A stretch of 41,869 bases of DNA from Candidatus Woesearchaeota archaeon (GCA_016188145.1 JACPIJ010000042.1:1-41869), one strand, 5' to 3'. Counted from the first letter of the stretch, positions 24,143 through 33,929 are shown. Notes: generated by a model from the sequence alone, not told the origin. Numbers and translations: made by a program.

Positions 24143-24727
24143 CTAGAATCCGATGGTTGAAACATACTTCTTCCTGCTCGTGGAGCACTTTGTGCAGAGA
24201 AAATCGCCCTCAACCTCGTAAAGCTTCGGGAAGAACTGGCCGCAGTTGTCACACGTTCCTTCAACAGGATGGTGGCTGCCGGTGAGCTTCTGCTCCTCCT
24301 CCCTTAGGATTATCTTGTCAACAAGCAAATCAAACAGTTGCGGCTGAATCTTCAGCACGTCCTTCAGCGTCAGCAGGCCAACTAGCTTGTTGCCGTTTTC
24401 CACGTCAACCACGGGCAGCTGCCTTGTCTCGTAATCGCGCATCGTCATAAGGGCATCGTAAATATCATTCTTCGGCTCAGTGGTGGGGACCTTTACAAGC
24501 ATGACATCTGCAGCGGTTGTCCTGTCAACGTTCAGCCCGTCAGCAAGGACATTCCTTATCAGGACATCATCTGTTATGTGCCCTCTGAGCGAATCGCTTT
24601 CCTTGACAACAAGCGAGCTTACATTATTGGTCCTCATCAGCCTGGCGCACTCCCTCACGCTCGTCTGCGGGGTAACTGCAATGGGCTTCCTCGTCATAAC
24701 GTCACAGACCCTGTAACCGGTTTGCAT
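24143..24727 (-). CDS. CBS-pair protein with C-terminal Zn ribbon
   Basis: Two CBS domains (VCDVMTRKPI.., QLPVVD..LVGLLTLKDV), CDNC/CTKC. Confidence 0.88.
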   Translation of the reverse strand: MQTGYRVCDVMTRKPIAVTPQTSVRECARLMRTNNVSSLVVKESDSLRGHITDDVLIRNVLADGLNVDRTTAADVMLVKVPTTEPKNDIYDALMTMRDYETRQLPVVDVENGNKLVGLLTLKDVLKIQPQLFDLLVDKIILREEEQKLTGSHHPVEGTCDNCGQFFPKLYEVEGDFLCTKCSTSRKKYVSTIGF

Positions 24728-24882
24728 TTTTTCCCCCGCCCAGCTTCCAAAACTCCCTTTTGAAAATGCCTTAGGCTTTATCATTAATAAACTTAATGGT
24801 AAAACGAAATATAATTTTATATAAAATTTATATGTCGCACTGTGTAAAAAAGTTAATAAGCAGCAAAAGCTTTCACTTTAAT

Positions 24883-25056
24883 ATGGCTTCAGCAGTAGCT
24901 GCGGATGGAAAAAACAGGGACGGCAAGAACGGAAAAAACAAAAAAACGTACGAGCCGGAGCGCTGCGCAAGATGCGGAACTCCAGTGGTTGAAACCCACT
25001 GCAGGGTCCTCTGCACCAACTGCGGCTTCATGAGGGACTGCAACGACCAATGGTGA
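24883..25056 (+). CDS. Small C(P)xCG-type zinc-finger protein
   Basis: CARCG...HCRVLCTNCG..RDC; ATG 24883. Confidence 0.7.
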   Translation: MASAVAADGKNRDGKNGKNKKTYEPERCARCGTPVVETHCRVLCTNCGFMRDCNDQW

Positions 25057-25062
25057 ATTTGA

Positions 25063-25650
25063 ATGAAGTTTAGGAACGACGATAACATTCGCAGCAGCCG
25101 CGATTTAACCGACGCGGTAACAAAGGAGCACCCAAAACACTTCATTGCCGTTGCCGAGCAGCAGATAATGGCAATGCACAGCCACAAGGATGGCTCGGCT
25201 GTCGAGCTTCACCAGGTCGGCTCGCGGGAATTCATACAACAGTCGCAGCAATCAGCAATGGCAAGCCTGGAAGGAAAGCTTGGTGGCAGCGAGGGGCACA
25301 ATGAAAAGCAGTTCTGGCAGAAAGAAAACGAAAGCCCTTTTGCAGCAGCGAAGATAGAGTATGAAAGGAAAGGGCAGCAACCTGGACAGCAAGCCATATA
25401 CGGCGCCCAGCATGACCTTTTAGCAAAAGGTCAATCAAAAACGGAAACAGCCATGATGGGCTGCAACTGCGGAGCTGAATGGACAGTAACAGGGCAAAGC
25501 ACAAAAGCACAGGGCGCAGAAGGCGTAAAGGTTGAGCAGTACGGCCATGGCATGGCAGGACAGCCCGGGGGCTACAGGGTTTCAGGGGCAGGCGGTGAAA
25601 AGGCAGAGTACAGAACAGGAGCGGGGCAGCAGCAGGATTATAAAGGATAA
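25063..25650 (+). CDS. Hypothetical protein (Q/G-rich, one CNCG motif)
   Basis: 195-aa ORF directly following the zinc-finger gene. Confidence 0.65.
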   Translation: MKFRNDDNIRSSRDLTDAVTKEHPKHFIAVAEQQIMAMHSHKDGSAVELHQVGSREFIQQSQQSAMASLEGKLGGSEGHNEKQFWQKENESPFAAAKIEYERKGQQPGQQAIYGAQHDLLAKGQSKTETAMMGCNCGAEWTVTGQSTKAQGAEGVKVEQYGHGMAGQPGGYRVSGAGGEKAEYRTGAGQQQDYKG

Positions 25651-25675
25651 AAAAGGATAAAATTAGCAATATAGC

Positions 25676-27766
25676 TCAGTAATTAACCAGTATCTCCACA
25701 TCCTTCCCGAATATCCGCTTGAGGTCCTCAAAGAGCTTTTCCTTGATGAACGTCTTTGGAGGGATGGGCTTGTTTGCCAGTGCAGACTCCATTTCCTCAG
25801 CGCTTGATTCGGTGACTGCCGCAAGGCCACCCTCTTCAGTTACCTTCGCCTTTGAAACCTCCTTCTGGGGCTGGTCAACGTCCTTGATTATGAAAGCATC
25901 AGACTCCAGCAGTATCACTTCGCCGAACTTGCTGCCGTGCTTCACCCTTATCTTTGCCCGTTCCAGTTCCCTTCCTCTTTTTCGCTGGATGTACTCAAGC
26001 AGGGCAGTTGAGAACTCTGCAGAGTCCTTCTTGACCCTTTCAATCTCCGCCTTGTTAAGCTTCTTGGCCTCATAGTCCTTCTTTGCCTTTATTATCGCGT
26101 TGAGCATCCTCAGGTATTTGGCAGCTATCCTGTTCTTGCTTATGAGCTCGTCCTCAAAGGTGCTTACAAGCTCGGCATCGTCAACCTTGTCAATGCCCTC
26201 TAGCTTTAACGCATCGCGAATCATCGTTACTGCCGTATCGTACAGCCTTACTATGTTCTCCTCCTCCTTCACCTGCGCAATCTCCTTGAAAAGCTGGTCA
26301 ATCCTCTTCAGGTATTTATCGCAATCCGCCAGGAGTTTGTCAACCTCTACACCGCTCATGTCCTTCCTGTCGCCGTGCTCAAGCTCCTTCCTTGTCTTAA
26401 TCACCGCCTCAAGCGTGTTAACATACGTTTCTTCCAGCAGCTTTTCCTTCCTGACAAATATCTCCCTCACAACTTCAGGAGTTTCCTTTGGGGTTGGTGG
26501 TGGTATGCCGTAAAGCATGATGGCTGCCTGTGTTGGCGTTATTATTGCCCAGAACATGTCCTCCATCCCAATCTCCTTAAGCTTAAACCTCACTCTCTCC
26601 AGCAGCTGCTCTCCTGAGCTCATGTAAAGCTCAATAGCCTCAGAGCTTGGCTTAACCCTGCCCATCTGAAGCAGCTGCTTCCACGGCATGAAAATTCCTC
26701 GGTCATACAAAGGCACACCATCCCTCAGGAAAGTGAAGATAATAGGGTTAGCGTCCTTTATGGACTCCCAGAAGTCCGTCAGGATGTAAACCTGGATGTT
26801 CAGCTTGTTCCTGACGCCGGTAAGCTCGCCAGCCTCGATGCCCATCCCGATAATGATGGCGCGGAGCTTGTCCTTCAGCTCAACCCTGGTCATCCTCTTG
26901 ACATCGGTATCGTCAACGACAATGAAAACGTCAATGTCCGACTTTTCCGTAGCGCGGCCCTGGATGAGCGAGCCGGCAAGCACATAGCTGACTATGTAGC
27001 GTTCAAACTTCTTGATGACCATCTGCTTGTGAATCTCGGAAATCCTCACAGCAGCGAGCATTCCCGTATCGTAAATCGGCGCAGAGGAGGCAATTACCTG
27101 GGTAAGCTCGTACTTTCCGTCATAGCAGTTCTGCCAAAGCTCCGAAAGTATTATTGCCTGGACAACAAACTTCTTGTCAACCTCAGAAGCCATTCCCTGG
27201 ATTATGCCTGAAAGCTTTGTCTTCAGCTCATCCTTGGTCATCTTCTTGCTGTCAGTGTCATCAACCAGAATCAGGATGTTAACCTGGTCCTGTGGTGGGA
27301 TTTGCTGCTGTAATTGTTGCGGCGTTTGCATTTGCTGCTGCATCTGCGAATTATTGTCGCTGCCATCCGGGCTTTCAGTCGCCTGCTGCTGTTGCTGTGT
27401 CGCCTGCATCTGCGGCTGGAGCGTTGGAGGAAGCTGACCCAGAGCAAACATTCCCTGGCCGGGCTGCTGCGGCATTGGCGGAGGAAGCAAGGCAATGCCC
27501 ATTATGTACTTGTCAAACTTTGCCAACACAGCAGACTTGAACTTGTCAAGCTTAACCTTGATGTCGCGAAGCTTTTCCTGCGCCTCCTTTGGCAGTTTTG
27601 ATGCCAGAAGCTCGAATTCGTCCACAGGAGCCCCTGCAGCTGCCGTTGCCGTCGCGCCTGCGGCCTTCTCAATCGCGGAAGCGTCGTACTTTGGCTTTGC
27701 ATCTTTTGCAGCAACTTTATAATCGCTGCCGTCGCCTTTTTTAACGTCACTCTTCTTTTTTGCCAT
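25676..27766 (-). CDS. Pol-beta-fold nucleotidyltransferase plus HEPN-like protein, internally duplicated, with Q/P-rich insertion
   Basis: Intact LAGS..GRATEKSDIDVFIVVDD motif; degenerate N-terminal copy (VNILILVDDTD); two helical C-terminal repeats. Confidence 0.8.
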   Translation of the reverse strand: MAKKKSDVKKGDGSDYKVAAKDAKPKYDASAIEKAAGATATAAAGAPVDEFELLASKLPKEAQEKLRDIKVKLDKFKSAVLAKFDKYIMGIALLPPPMPQQPGQGMFALGQLPPTLQPQMQATQQQQQATESPDGSDNNSQMQQQMQTPQQLQQQIPPQDQVNILILVDDTDSKKMTKDELKTKLSGIIQGMASEVDKKFVVQAIILSELWQNCYDGKYELTQVIASSAPIYDTGMLAAVRISEIHKQMVIKKFERYIVSYVLAGSLIQGRATEKSDIDVFIVVDDTDVKRMTRVELKDKLRAIIIGMGIEAGELTGVRNKLNIQVYILTDFWESIKDANPIIFTFLRDGVPLYDRGIFMPWKQLLQMGRVKPSSEAIELYMSSGEQLLERVRFKLKEIGMEDMFWAIITPTQAAIMLYGIPPPTPKETPEVVREIFVRKEKLLEETYVNTLEAVIKTRKELEHGDRKDMSGVEVDKLLADCDKYLKRIDQLFKEIAQVKEEENIVRLYDTAVTMIRDALKLEGIDKVDDAELVSTFEDELISKNRIAAKYLRMLNAIIKAKKDYEAKKLNKAEIERVKKDSAEFSTALLEYIQRKRGRELERAKIRVKHGSKFGEVILLESDAFIIKDVDQPQKEVSKAKVTEEGGLAAVTESSAEEMESALANKPIPPKTFIKEKLFEDLKRIFGKDVEILVNY

Positions 27767-27956
27767 TGAAAAAGCGGTGTTGTGGAGAGTATTTAAATGT
27801 TTGCAGCCACAGTTTTGTATCTACAAAATAGTGGTTAAAATAGAAAGATTTATATAGCCCTTAGTTTCTTTTTATGATAAAGTATTTAAGAAACGTCAGC
27901 GCGTGTGGATGGCATAACTCAACCAATTTATGATTGCGAAAACGGAGGGATTGAAA

Positions 27957-28772
27957 ATGGTTAATGATAAAAAGAAAGTTACTCTTGATGATGTTGTTAA
28001 CCAGAGTGCTGGTGAAATTGTAGAATATTTTCAGAGCCATACTTCTGCAGATTTTAAGACGAGAATGGCTAAATTTGAGGAATTCCACCACCCGAAGCAC
28101 GAGATTCCTGAAATCTTTGGGCAGCATGTCGAAAACGTAGTGCGTGGCAATCCTGATGACAGGGAAAAGTCGCCTGGCGCTTATGATATCGCTTACAAAA
28201 AAATGGCTTCAATGCTTAAAGGGCGTTTTGATAAGTTAGAAAATCGCGATGACGCTCTTGCAATTATAGAGGCTTATGTTGACCAGTTCCTGACGAAAGC
28301 CCACAGCAACAGATTCGAAGAAGCGATGAAGCATGCAAAGGAGGAGGGCTTAACACCTGACCAAATAAGAAGCATGAAGGGTGTATATTTCATGATGTAT
28401 CACCCGCCTGACCAAAGAACAGGCAGGAGATTGAACCCATTCAGCGAGGAATTCATAAAGGGCCTTGTTGGAAAAACAAGACTGAAGATTGAGCAGCAGC
28501 TTAGAGCAATGGCAAACTCCAGCGTATCAGCATACAGCCAATACTTGATTAGCAAAGCCACTGAAGGTTTGCTGAAGGAGGAAGAACACCTCGAAATTGC
28601 CAAATATGTCGGTGGAAAGTTCAAATCAGCAGGTTTCCACGATCCAACACGCCCGTCTCTAACAAAAACGGTGGACGACCTAGTTGCGGATTACTCTACA
28701 CTGCTTCAAGGCGGTAACTTGCAGGAAAGAGGTTATGAGAAAACGGTTGAACAGCCTGCGAAGAAAAGCTAG
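27957..28772 (+). CDS. Hypothetical helical protein
   Basis: GGAGG upstream of ATG 27957; poly-T terminator downstream. Confidence 0.7.
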   Translation: MVNDKKKVTLDDVVNQSAGEIVEYFQSHTSADFKTRMAKFEEFHHPKHEIPEIFGQHVENVVRGNPDDREKSPGAYDIAYKKMASMLKGRFDKLENRDDALAIIEAYVDQFLTKAHSNRFEEAMKHAKEEGLTPDQIRSMKGVYFMMYHPPDQRTGRRLNPFSEEFIKGLVGKTRLKIEQQLRAMANSSVSAYSQYLISKATEGLLKEEEHLEIAKYVGGKFKSAGFHDPTRPSLTKTVDDLVADYSTLLQGGNLQERGYEKTVEQPAKKS

Positions 28773-28802
28773 ACTTACTCTCTCTTTTTCTTTTATTTTT
28801 TA

Positions 28803-28822
28803 TTTCAGAAACCTATAAATAC
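28803..28822 (+). repeat. 20-bp direct repeat, left copy (TTTCAGAAACCTATAAATAC)
   Basis: Identical to 29546-29565; the two copies flank the vapBC module. Confidence 0.9.
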
Positions 28823-28882
28823 CACTATACCCGCCGAAGCAGTTAGGCTGCAGTCGTAAGCAACTGGCGTTTACAGGTCAGA

Positions 28883-29272
28883 TCACCATATTACCTCAGC
28901 GTATCCTGAATTTTTTATCTCGCTGTCACGGCTTATGAGCTTGGCAGAAATTATGTTTGCAGTTGCCACGATAATCCTGTCATGCATGTCCTTCAGCTTT
29001 TTCAAGTTCTGCGTTTCAATAAGAACGATGAGGCTAAGGTTATATACGATGTAGTTCGCGCTTTCTTCCAGCTTTTTCAGCAGCGCATTTAGCTGGGCGC
29101 TTGCGCCTCTTTTTTCTGCTATGTACAAAACTTCTGCAATCACTATCGCGGGGATAACAATAAGCGCTTTGCCTTCGTCAGCGCTGCGGAAGGCGCTCAG
29201 CGCATCTTTCCCAAGCTTTGGGTCGTTAGCCAGAAACCAAACAAGGCTGTGCGTGTCTGTAACGTAAATCAT
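28883..29272 (-). CDS. vapC: PIN-domain toxin (VapC)
   Basis: YVTDTHSLVW, VIAE, HDRIIVATA, LISRD. Confidence 0.9.
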   Translation of the reverse strand: MIYVTDTHSLVWFLANDPKLGKDALSAFRSADEGKALIVIPAIVIAEVLYIAEKRGASAQLNALLKKLEESANYIVYNLSLIVLIETQNLKKLKDMHDRIIVATANIISAKLISRDSEIKNSGYAEVIW

Positions 29273-29472
29273 GCTGCATCGACTTTAAACAGGGATTTCT
29301 TCGCGCTTTCGATATCGTTTTCTGTGATTGAAAGCCCTTTCAGCGAGCCTTCTAGCCTAACCACTTTGTCCTGAGCTTTTGCTTGCGATAGTTTAAGCAC
29401 CATGGATTTTAGGCTCGTAAGCTCGCTCTCAAGCGAATTTAGCTTTTTCTTAATTTCAACCTCTTGCAGCAT
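29269..29472 (-). CDS. Putative antitoxin (VapB-like)
   Basis: 67-aa ORF with ATGA overlap to vapC. Confidence 0.7.
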   Translation of the reverse strand: MLQEVEIKKKLNSLESELTSLKSMVLKLSQAKAQDKVVRLEGSLKGLSITENDIESAKKSLFKVDAA

Positions 29473-29545
29473 TTTTTTCCACCAAACGGCTTTTTGGCAG
29501 TTTAACTATTTAAACCTTTCATTTTTTGGCTTGCCTCGGTAAACC

Positions 29546-29565
29546 TTTCAGAAACCTATAAATAC
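29546..29565 (+). promoter_or_regulatory. BRE/TATA-like promoter of thrS; right copy of the 20-bp direct repeat
   Basis: GAAAC-CTATAAATA about 60 nt upstream of the thrS ATG. Confidence 0.65.
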
Positions 29566-29621
29566 AACTGCCGCTGAGTGGCAGCTATAGCTACTTTGTA
29601 AATAGCTTGAGAGATTTTGAA

Positions 29622-31553
29622 ATGGCAACAGCAAAGAAGGGTAAGGGCGCAGCAGCCACAATTAAGATTACTTTTCCTGACGGCGCTTCCAAGGAGTTTC
29701 CGAAAGGCACGACAGCGCTTGACATTGCCAAAACCATTAGCAGAGGGTTGGCTGAGGAGGCCGTTGCTGCGAAGGTTAATGGCATTCTTTACGACCTGAC
29801 AAGGCCGATTGACTCTGACGCAGCATTGCAGCTGCTCAAGTTTGACTCTGTCGAGGGAAAGAGCGTTTTCTGGCACTCCGCTGCACATGTCATGGCACAG
29901 GCAGTCACGAGGCTGTTCCCCTTTGCGAAGCTCACAATCGGGCCTGTGTTTGAAAGCGGATTCTACTACGACATCGAGCATGACCCCTTCAAGCCTGAAG
30001 ATTTAGAAAGGATAGAAAAGGAAATGGCAGCTGTAGTTGCCGAAAAACTCGACATAAAAAGACGCGTGCTGACAAAGGCAGAGGCGCTCAAGGTTTTCAA
30101 GGACAACCTGTACAAGATTGAAATAATAAACGAGGATGTAAAAGAAGGCGAGGAAATTTCAGCTTACCAGCAGGGCGACTTTATCGACCTGTGCCACGGT
30201 CCTCACGTGCCGAACACGAGCTGCGTTAAGGCATTCAAGCTCACGAAAATCTCTGGGGCTTACTGGAGGGGGGACGCGAAAAACAAGCCTCTGCAGCGGC
30301 TTTACGGAATAGCGTTTCCTTCAAAGAAGCAGCTGGACGATCACTTCGCAATGCTGCAGGAAGCTGAAAAGAGGGACCACCGAAAGCTTGGGAAGGAGCT
30401 TGAGCTTTTCATGTTCCACGACTGGTCTCCAGGGAGCGCGTTCTTCCTGCCAAAAGGAGCGATAATCTACAACGAGCTCGTCAGTTTTGTTAGGGAAGAA
30501 TACCGCAAGAGGGACTATAAGGAGGTCATAACGCCCCAGCTGTTCAACAAGGCACTCTGGGAGTCGTCAGGGCACTGGCAGCACTTCAAGGAGAACATGT
30601 TTGTCCTGAAGGTTGATGAGGACGAGTTCGCCCTGAAGCCCATGAACTGCCCAAGCCACGTGCTGATTTTCAAGAACAGGACAAGGAGCTACAGGGAGCT
30701 GCCGCTGAGGATTGCTGATTTCTGTGCGTTGCACAGGAACGAGCTCAGGGGCGTGCTTGCAGGCCTGACACGGGTCAGGAAGTTCGCGCAGGACGATGCG
30801 CACGTCTTCTGCGCAAAAGAGCAGATAAGCTCGGAAATAATGCAGCTTCTGGACTTCGTAAAGTTCGTTTTCGTTGATACGCTGAAGTTTGAGTTCAGGA
30901 CAAAGCTGAGCACAAGGCCTGAAAAGTTCATGGGGGACATAAAGCTGTGGGACCTGGCCGAGAAGGCGCTTGAAGAAGCCCTTAAGGCAAGCAAGCTGAA
31001 ATACGAGGTAAAGCCCGGTGAGGGGGCGTTTTACGGCCCGAAGATAGACTTTGACGTGAGAGACGCGATTGGAAGGGACTGGCAGCTAGCCACAATCCAG
31101 CTGGACTTCCAGATGCCCCTCAAAATGGAAGCAGAATACGAAGGCCAAGACGGGAAGAGGCACCCTGTTGTGATGATTCACAGAGCAATCCTTGGCAGCC
31201 TGGAAAGGCTGATTGGCGTGCTTACAGAGCACTACGCAGGCAAATTCCCGCTGTGGCTGAGCCCTGTGCAGGTCAGGATTCTGACAGTAGCTGATAGGTT
31301 CAATGACTACGCCCGCAAGCTGCAGCAGCGGTATTTTGATGCTGGAATAAGGGTTGAAGTTGACGACAAGGCAGAAAGCGTGCCCTACAAGGTAAGGGAA
31401 GCTGAATTGGACAAGGTTAACTACATAATCGTTGTTGGTGAGAAAGAAGTTGCTGCGAATACGGTGACTGTGAGGAAAGGCAAGGAGCAGTTCACTCTGG
31501 ATGCGGATAATTTCATGCGGCAGGTGGTGGAAGAGGTAGAAAAAAGAGCTTAA
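29622..31553 (+). CDS. thrS: Threonyl-tRNA synthetase (bacterial/eukaryote-type with TGS and editing domains)
   Basis: HSAAH, DLCHGPH, RDHRKLG, KPMNCP, HRNE, GAFYGPKID, MIHRAILGSLER. Confidence 0.97.
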   Translation: MATAKKGKGAAATIKITFPDGASKEFPKGTTALDIAKTISRGLAEEAVAAKVNGILYDLTRPIDSDAALQLLKFDSVEGKSVFWHSAAHVMAQAVTRLFPFAKLTIGPVFESGFYYDIEHDPFKPEDLERIEKEMAAVVAEKLDIKRRVLTKAEALKVFKDNLYKIEIINEDVKEGEEISAYQQGDFIDLCHGPHVPNTSCVKAFKLTKISGAYWRGDAKNKPLQRLYGIAFPSKKQLDDHFAMLQEAEKRDHRKLGKELELFMFHDWSPGSAFFLPKGAIIYNELVSFVREEYRKRDYKEVITPQLFNKALWESSGHWQHFKENMFVLKVDEDEFALKPMNCPSHVLIFKNRTRSYRELPLRIADFCALHRNELRGVLAGLTRVRKFAQDDAHVFCAKEQISSEIMQLLDFVKFVFVDTLKFEFRTKLSTRPEKFMGDIKLWDLAEKALEEALKASKLKYEVKPGEGAFYGPKIDFDVRDAIGRDWQLATIQLDFQMPLKMEAEYEGQDGKRHPVVMIHRAILGSLERLIGVLTEHYAGKFPLWLSPVQVRILTVADRFNDYARKLQQRYFDAGIRVEVDDKAESVPYKVREAELDKVNYIIVVGEKEVAANTVTVRKGKEQFTLDADNFMRQVVEEVEKRA

Positions 31554-31568
31554 AAACAGTGGTGTAAA

Positions 31569-31706
31569 ATGCAATTTAAAACAAAAATAGGGAAAAAGTG
31601 GGAAGTAATAATCCCAAAGGCAATTCTAGATGATTTTGGAGTAAGCCCGGGGGAGGAAATAATTATGATTTATGAAGAAAATAAGCTGATAATAAGGAAA
31701 CCCTAA
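31569..31706 (+). CDS. AbrB/MazE/SpoVT-family small DNA-binding protein (below the ORF-track cutoff)
   Basis: MQFKTKIGKKWEVIIPKAILDDFGVSPGEEIIMIYEENKLIIRKP; GGTGGTG-like site upstream. Confidence 0.75.
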   Translation: MQFKTKIGKKWEVIIPKAILDDFGVSPGEEIIMIYEENKLIIRKP

Positions 31707-31766
31707 CACTCTTTAAAAACAGGTAGGTTTAAATATTAGCGTGCAGCGCCATACCAGAGAACAAAT

Positions 31767-31961
31767 ATGGGACAGCAGGAAGTAAGCGATTTTTTAAAAA
31801 AGCACAGGGCAAAGTGGTTCACTTCTAAGGAGATTGCCAAAAACCTTAAGGTGTCAACAGGCTCTGTAATAAACAACCTTTCAAAGCTCAGGAAGAGCAA
31901 GCAGGTGCTGTTCAAAAAAGCAGGGCGAGCCAACCAGTACATTTACAAGTATAAGGCATAA
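31767..31961 (+). CDS. Small winged-HTH protein
   Basis: FTSKEIAKNLKVSTGSVINNLSKLRK; TTTAAATA upstream. Confidence 0.8.
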   Translation: MGQQEVSDFLKKHRAKWFTSKEIAKNLKVSTGSVINNLSKLRKSKQVLFKKAGRANQYIYKYKA

Positions 31962-31992
31962 ATAAGGCACAAAACTCAATGCTGATGCGGGC

Positions 31993-32277
31993 ATGATAGT
32001 GAGGTTCTCAGCTTCAAACATCGTGGCAATGATTTTCTTCATCCCGCTTCTCCTGCTACTGGGCCTGATAATGGCTTTTCTTGTTCCGCTGCTTGCGCTA
32101 ATAATAGCAGCTGCCTCGATTTTATTCTTGGGCCTGTACACCTTTGCAAAGATTGGCTTCGTTAGGAAGCAGCAGGGTCGCATTGGCGGCAGCAACAGCG
32201 ATAGCGGAGAGAATTCTTCAGAATCCCATAAAAAGAAGAAATCCACGCTGGAAGTGAAGGATTACAAGGTCAGGTAA
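31993..32277 (+). CDS. Small membrane protein
   Basis: Long hydrophobic N-half, charged tail ending LEVKDYKVR. Confidence 0.65.
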   Translation: MIVRFSASNIVAMIFFIPLLLLLGLIMAFLVPLLALIIAAASILFLGLYTFAKIGFVRKQQGRIGGSNSDSGENSSESHKKKKSTLEVKDYKVR

Positions 32278-32319
32278 GCAGAAATACTCCTAAGGCAAAG
32301 AATAAAAAGGAGAGATTCT

Positions 32320-32853
32320 TTGCCACATCCCATGGAGCAGGTAGTGCTTGTTGACAGGCAGGACAAAGAACTTGGTTCTGAGGAGAAGCTTGAAGCCCAT
32401 AGACAGGGAAAATTGCACAGGGCGTTCTCCATCTACGTTTTAAACAAGCAGGATAAGCTGATGCTGCAAAAAAGGCATAGCGCAAAATACCATTCCGGTG
32501 GCCTCTGGACCAACACGTGCTGCAGCCACCCCAGGCCTGGCGAGACAGTATTGGAAGCAGCCCACCGTAGGCTTAAGGAAGAGATGGGCTTTAGCTGCGA
32601 GCTGAAAGAAAAGTTCAGCTTTGTTTACAATGTAAAGCTTGACAAGGGCCTGACAGAGCACGAGTATCTGCATATCTTCATTGGAAGATTTGATGGCGAG
32701 CCTATCCTAAACCCGGAAGAAGCTGAAGGCTGGAAGTGGATGGACTTCAAAGAACTCCACAAGGATATGAAGAAAAACCCGCAGGTTTACACTAAATGGT
32801 TTCGGCTAACAACAGACAGGCTGGCACCGTATCTTGAGTCATATTCAAGGTAA
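32320..32853 (+). CDS. idi: Isopentenyl-diphosphate delta-isomerase, type 1 (Nudix fold)
   Basis: LHRAFS, WTNTCCSHP, RRLKEEMG, EHEYLHIF, PEEA, YTKWF. Confidence 0.95.
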   Translation: MPHPMEQVVLVDRQDKELGSEEKLEAHRQGKLHRAFSIYVLNKQDKLMLQKRHSAKYHSGGLWTNTCCSHPRPGETVLEAAHRRLKEEMGFSCELKEKFSFVYNVKLDKGLTEHEYLHIFIGRFDGEPILNPEEAEGWKWMDFKELHKDMKKNPQVYTKWFRLTTDRLAPYLESYSR

Positions 32854-32858
32854 TCCAT

Positions 32859-33914
32859 ATGGACTTTTTTGAAAACCCGCACAGGGAACGCATTGAGAAA
32901 GAGCTCAGGTCATTCCTTCCAGCGGAGCTGACTGCTAATTGGGCAGAAAAGGCTGTTGGAAAAGCAAAGTGGAAGCAGGATGTTGAGGCGCTGACAAAAG
33001 CCATCAGCGAGCCAGTCTGGGACTTCCTGAGCCGGGGAGGAAAGAGGTGGAGGCCTATGCTGATGTTGATGTGCTGCGAGGCAGTAGGAGGAAAACCTTC
33101 TGAGACTCTGCCATTCGCAGTAATCCCTGAGCTTATCCACAACGGCTCGCTCATTGTTGATGACATAGAGGATAACTCGGATTTGAGAAGGGGCAAGCCC
33201 GTGCTTCACAGGATTTTCGGGGTAGACATTGCTGTCAATGCCGGCAATGTGCTTTATTTTCTGCCACTTATTGCCATAAGAGACTCTGACCTGCCTGAAA
33301 AAACAAAAAGCAAGGCTTATGAAACAATAATCACACAGCTTCTGAAATGCCATTTGGGGCAGGCCACTGACATATACTGGCATAGCGGTAAAGCACAGAA
33401 TATTCCGACAGAAAAAGAATACCTTCAGATGTGTGCAAATAAGACGGGGTCAGTAGCTTGCATGGCAGCAAAGCTCGGCGCATTGCTGGGCGGAGGAAGC
33501 GAGAAGCAAATCGGAGCCCTTGGAGAGTTTGCAGAGGCAGCAGGAGTGGCTTTCCAGATTAAAGACGATATCCTTAATGTCGAAAGCAGCGAAGGAATAG
33601 GCAAAGAATTTGGCGATGACATCAGTGAAGGAAAAAGAACGCTGATGGTTATCCATACGCTAAATACTGCCCATGCTTCAGCTACTGAGAAGAAAAGGCT
33701 TCTTGAAATATTAAACTTGCGCACGAAAGACAAAAGCCTCATCGCAGAGGCTATTGCGGTAATAAAGAAGCATGGCTCTATAGATTACGCAAGGAAAACT
33801 GCCCTGCAGCTTCTGGAAGAAGCGTGGCAGGAAGCAGACAAAGTGTTGCCAGAATCAGAAGTTAAGAACCAGATGAAAGGGTTCGCGCAGTTGCTGATAA
33901 ACCGTTCTGTCTAA
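32859..33914 (+). CDS. trans-Polyprenyl diphosphate synthase (GGPP synthase-like)
   Basis: GGKRWRP, VDDIEDNSDLRRGKP, GQATD, KTG, FQIKDDILN, GDDISEGKRT. Confidence 0.93.
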   Translation: MDFFENPHRERIEKELRSFLPAELTANWAEKAVGKAKWKQDVEALTKAISEPVWDFLSRGGKRWRPMLMLMCCEAVGGKPSETLPFAVIPELIHNGSLIVDDIEDNSDLRRGKPVLHRIFGVDIAVNAGNVLYFLPLIAIRDSDLPEKTKSKAYETIITQLLKCHLGQATDIYWHSGKAQNIPTEKEYLQMCANKTGSVACMAAKLGALLGGGSEKQIGALGEFAEAAGVAFQIKDDILNVESSEGIGKEFGDDISEGKRTLMVIHTLNTAHASATEKKRLLEILNLRTKDKSLIAEAIAVIKKHGSIDYARKTALQLLEEAWQEADKVLPESEVKNQMKGFAQLLINRSV

Positions 33915-33929
33915 TTTACTTTTTTACTT

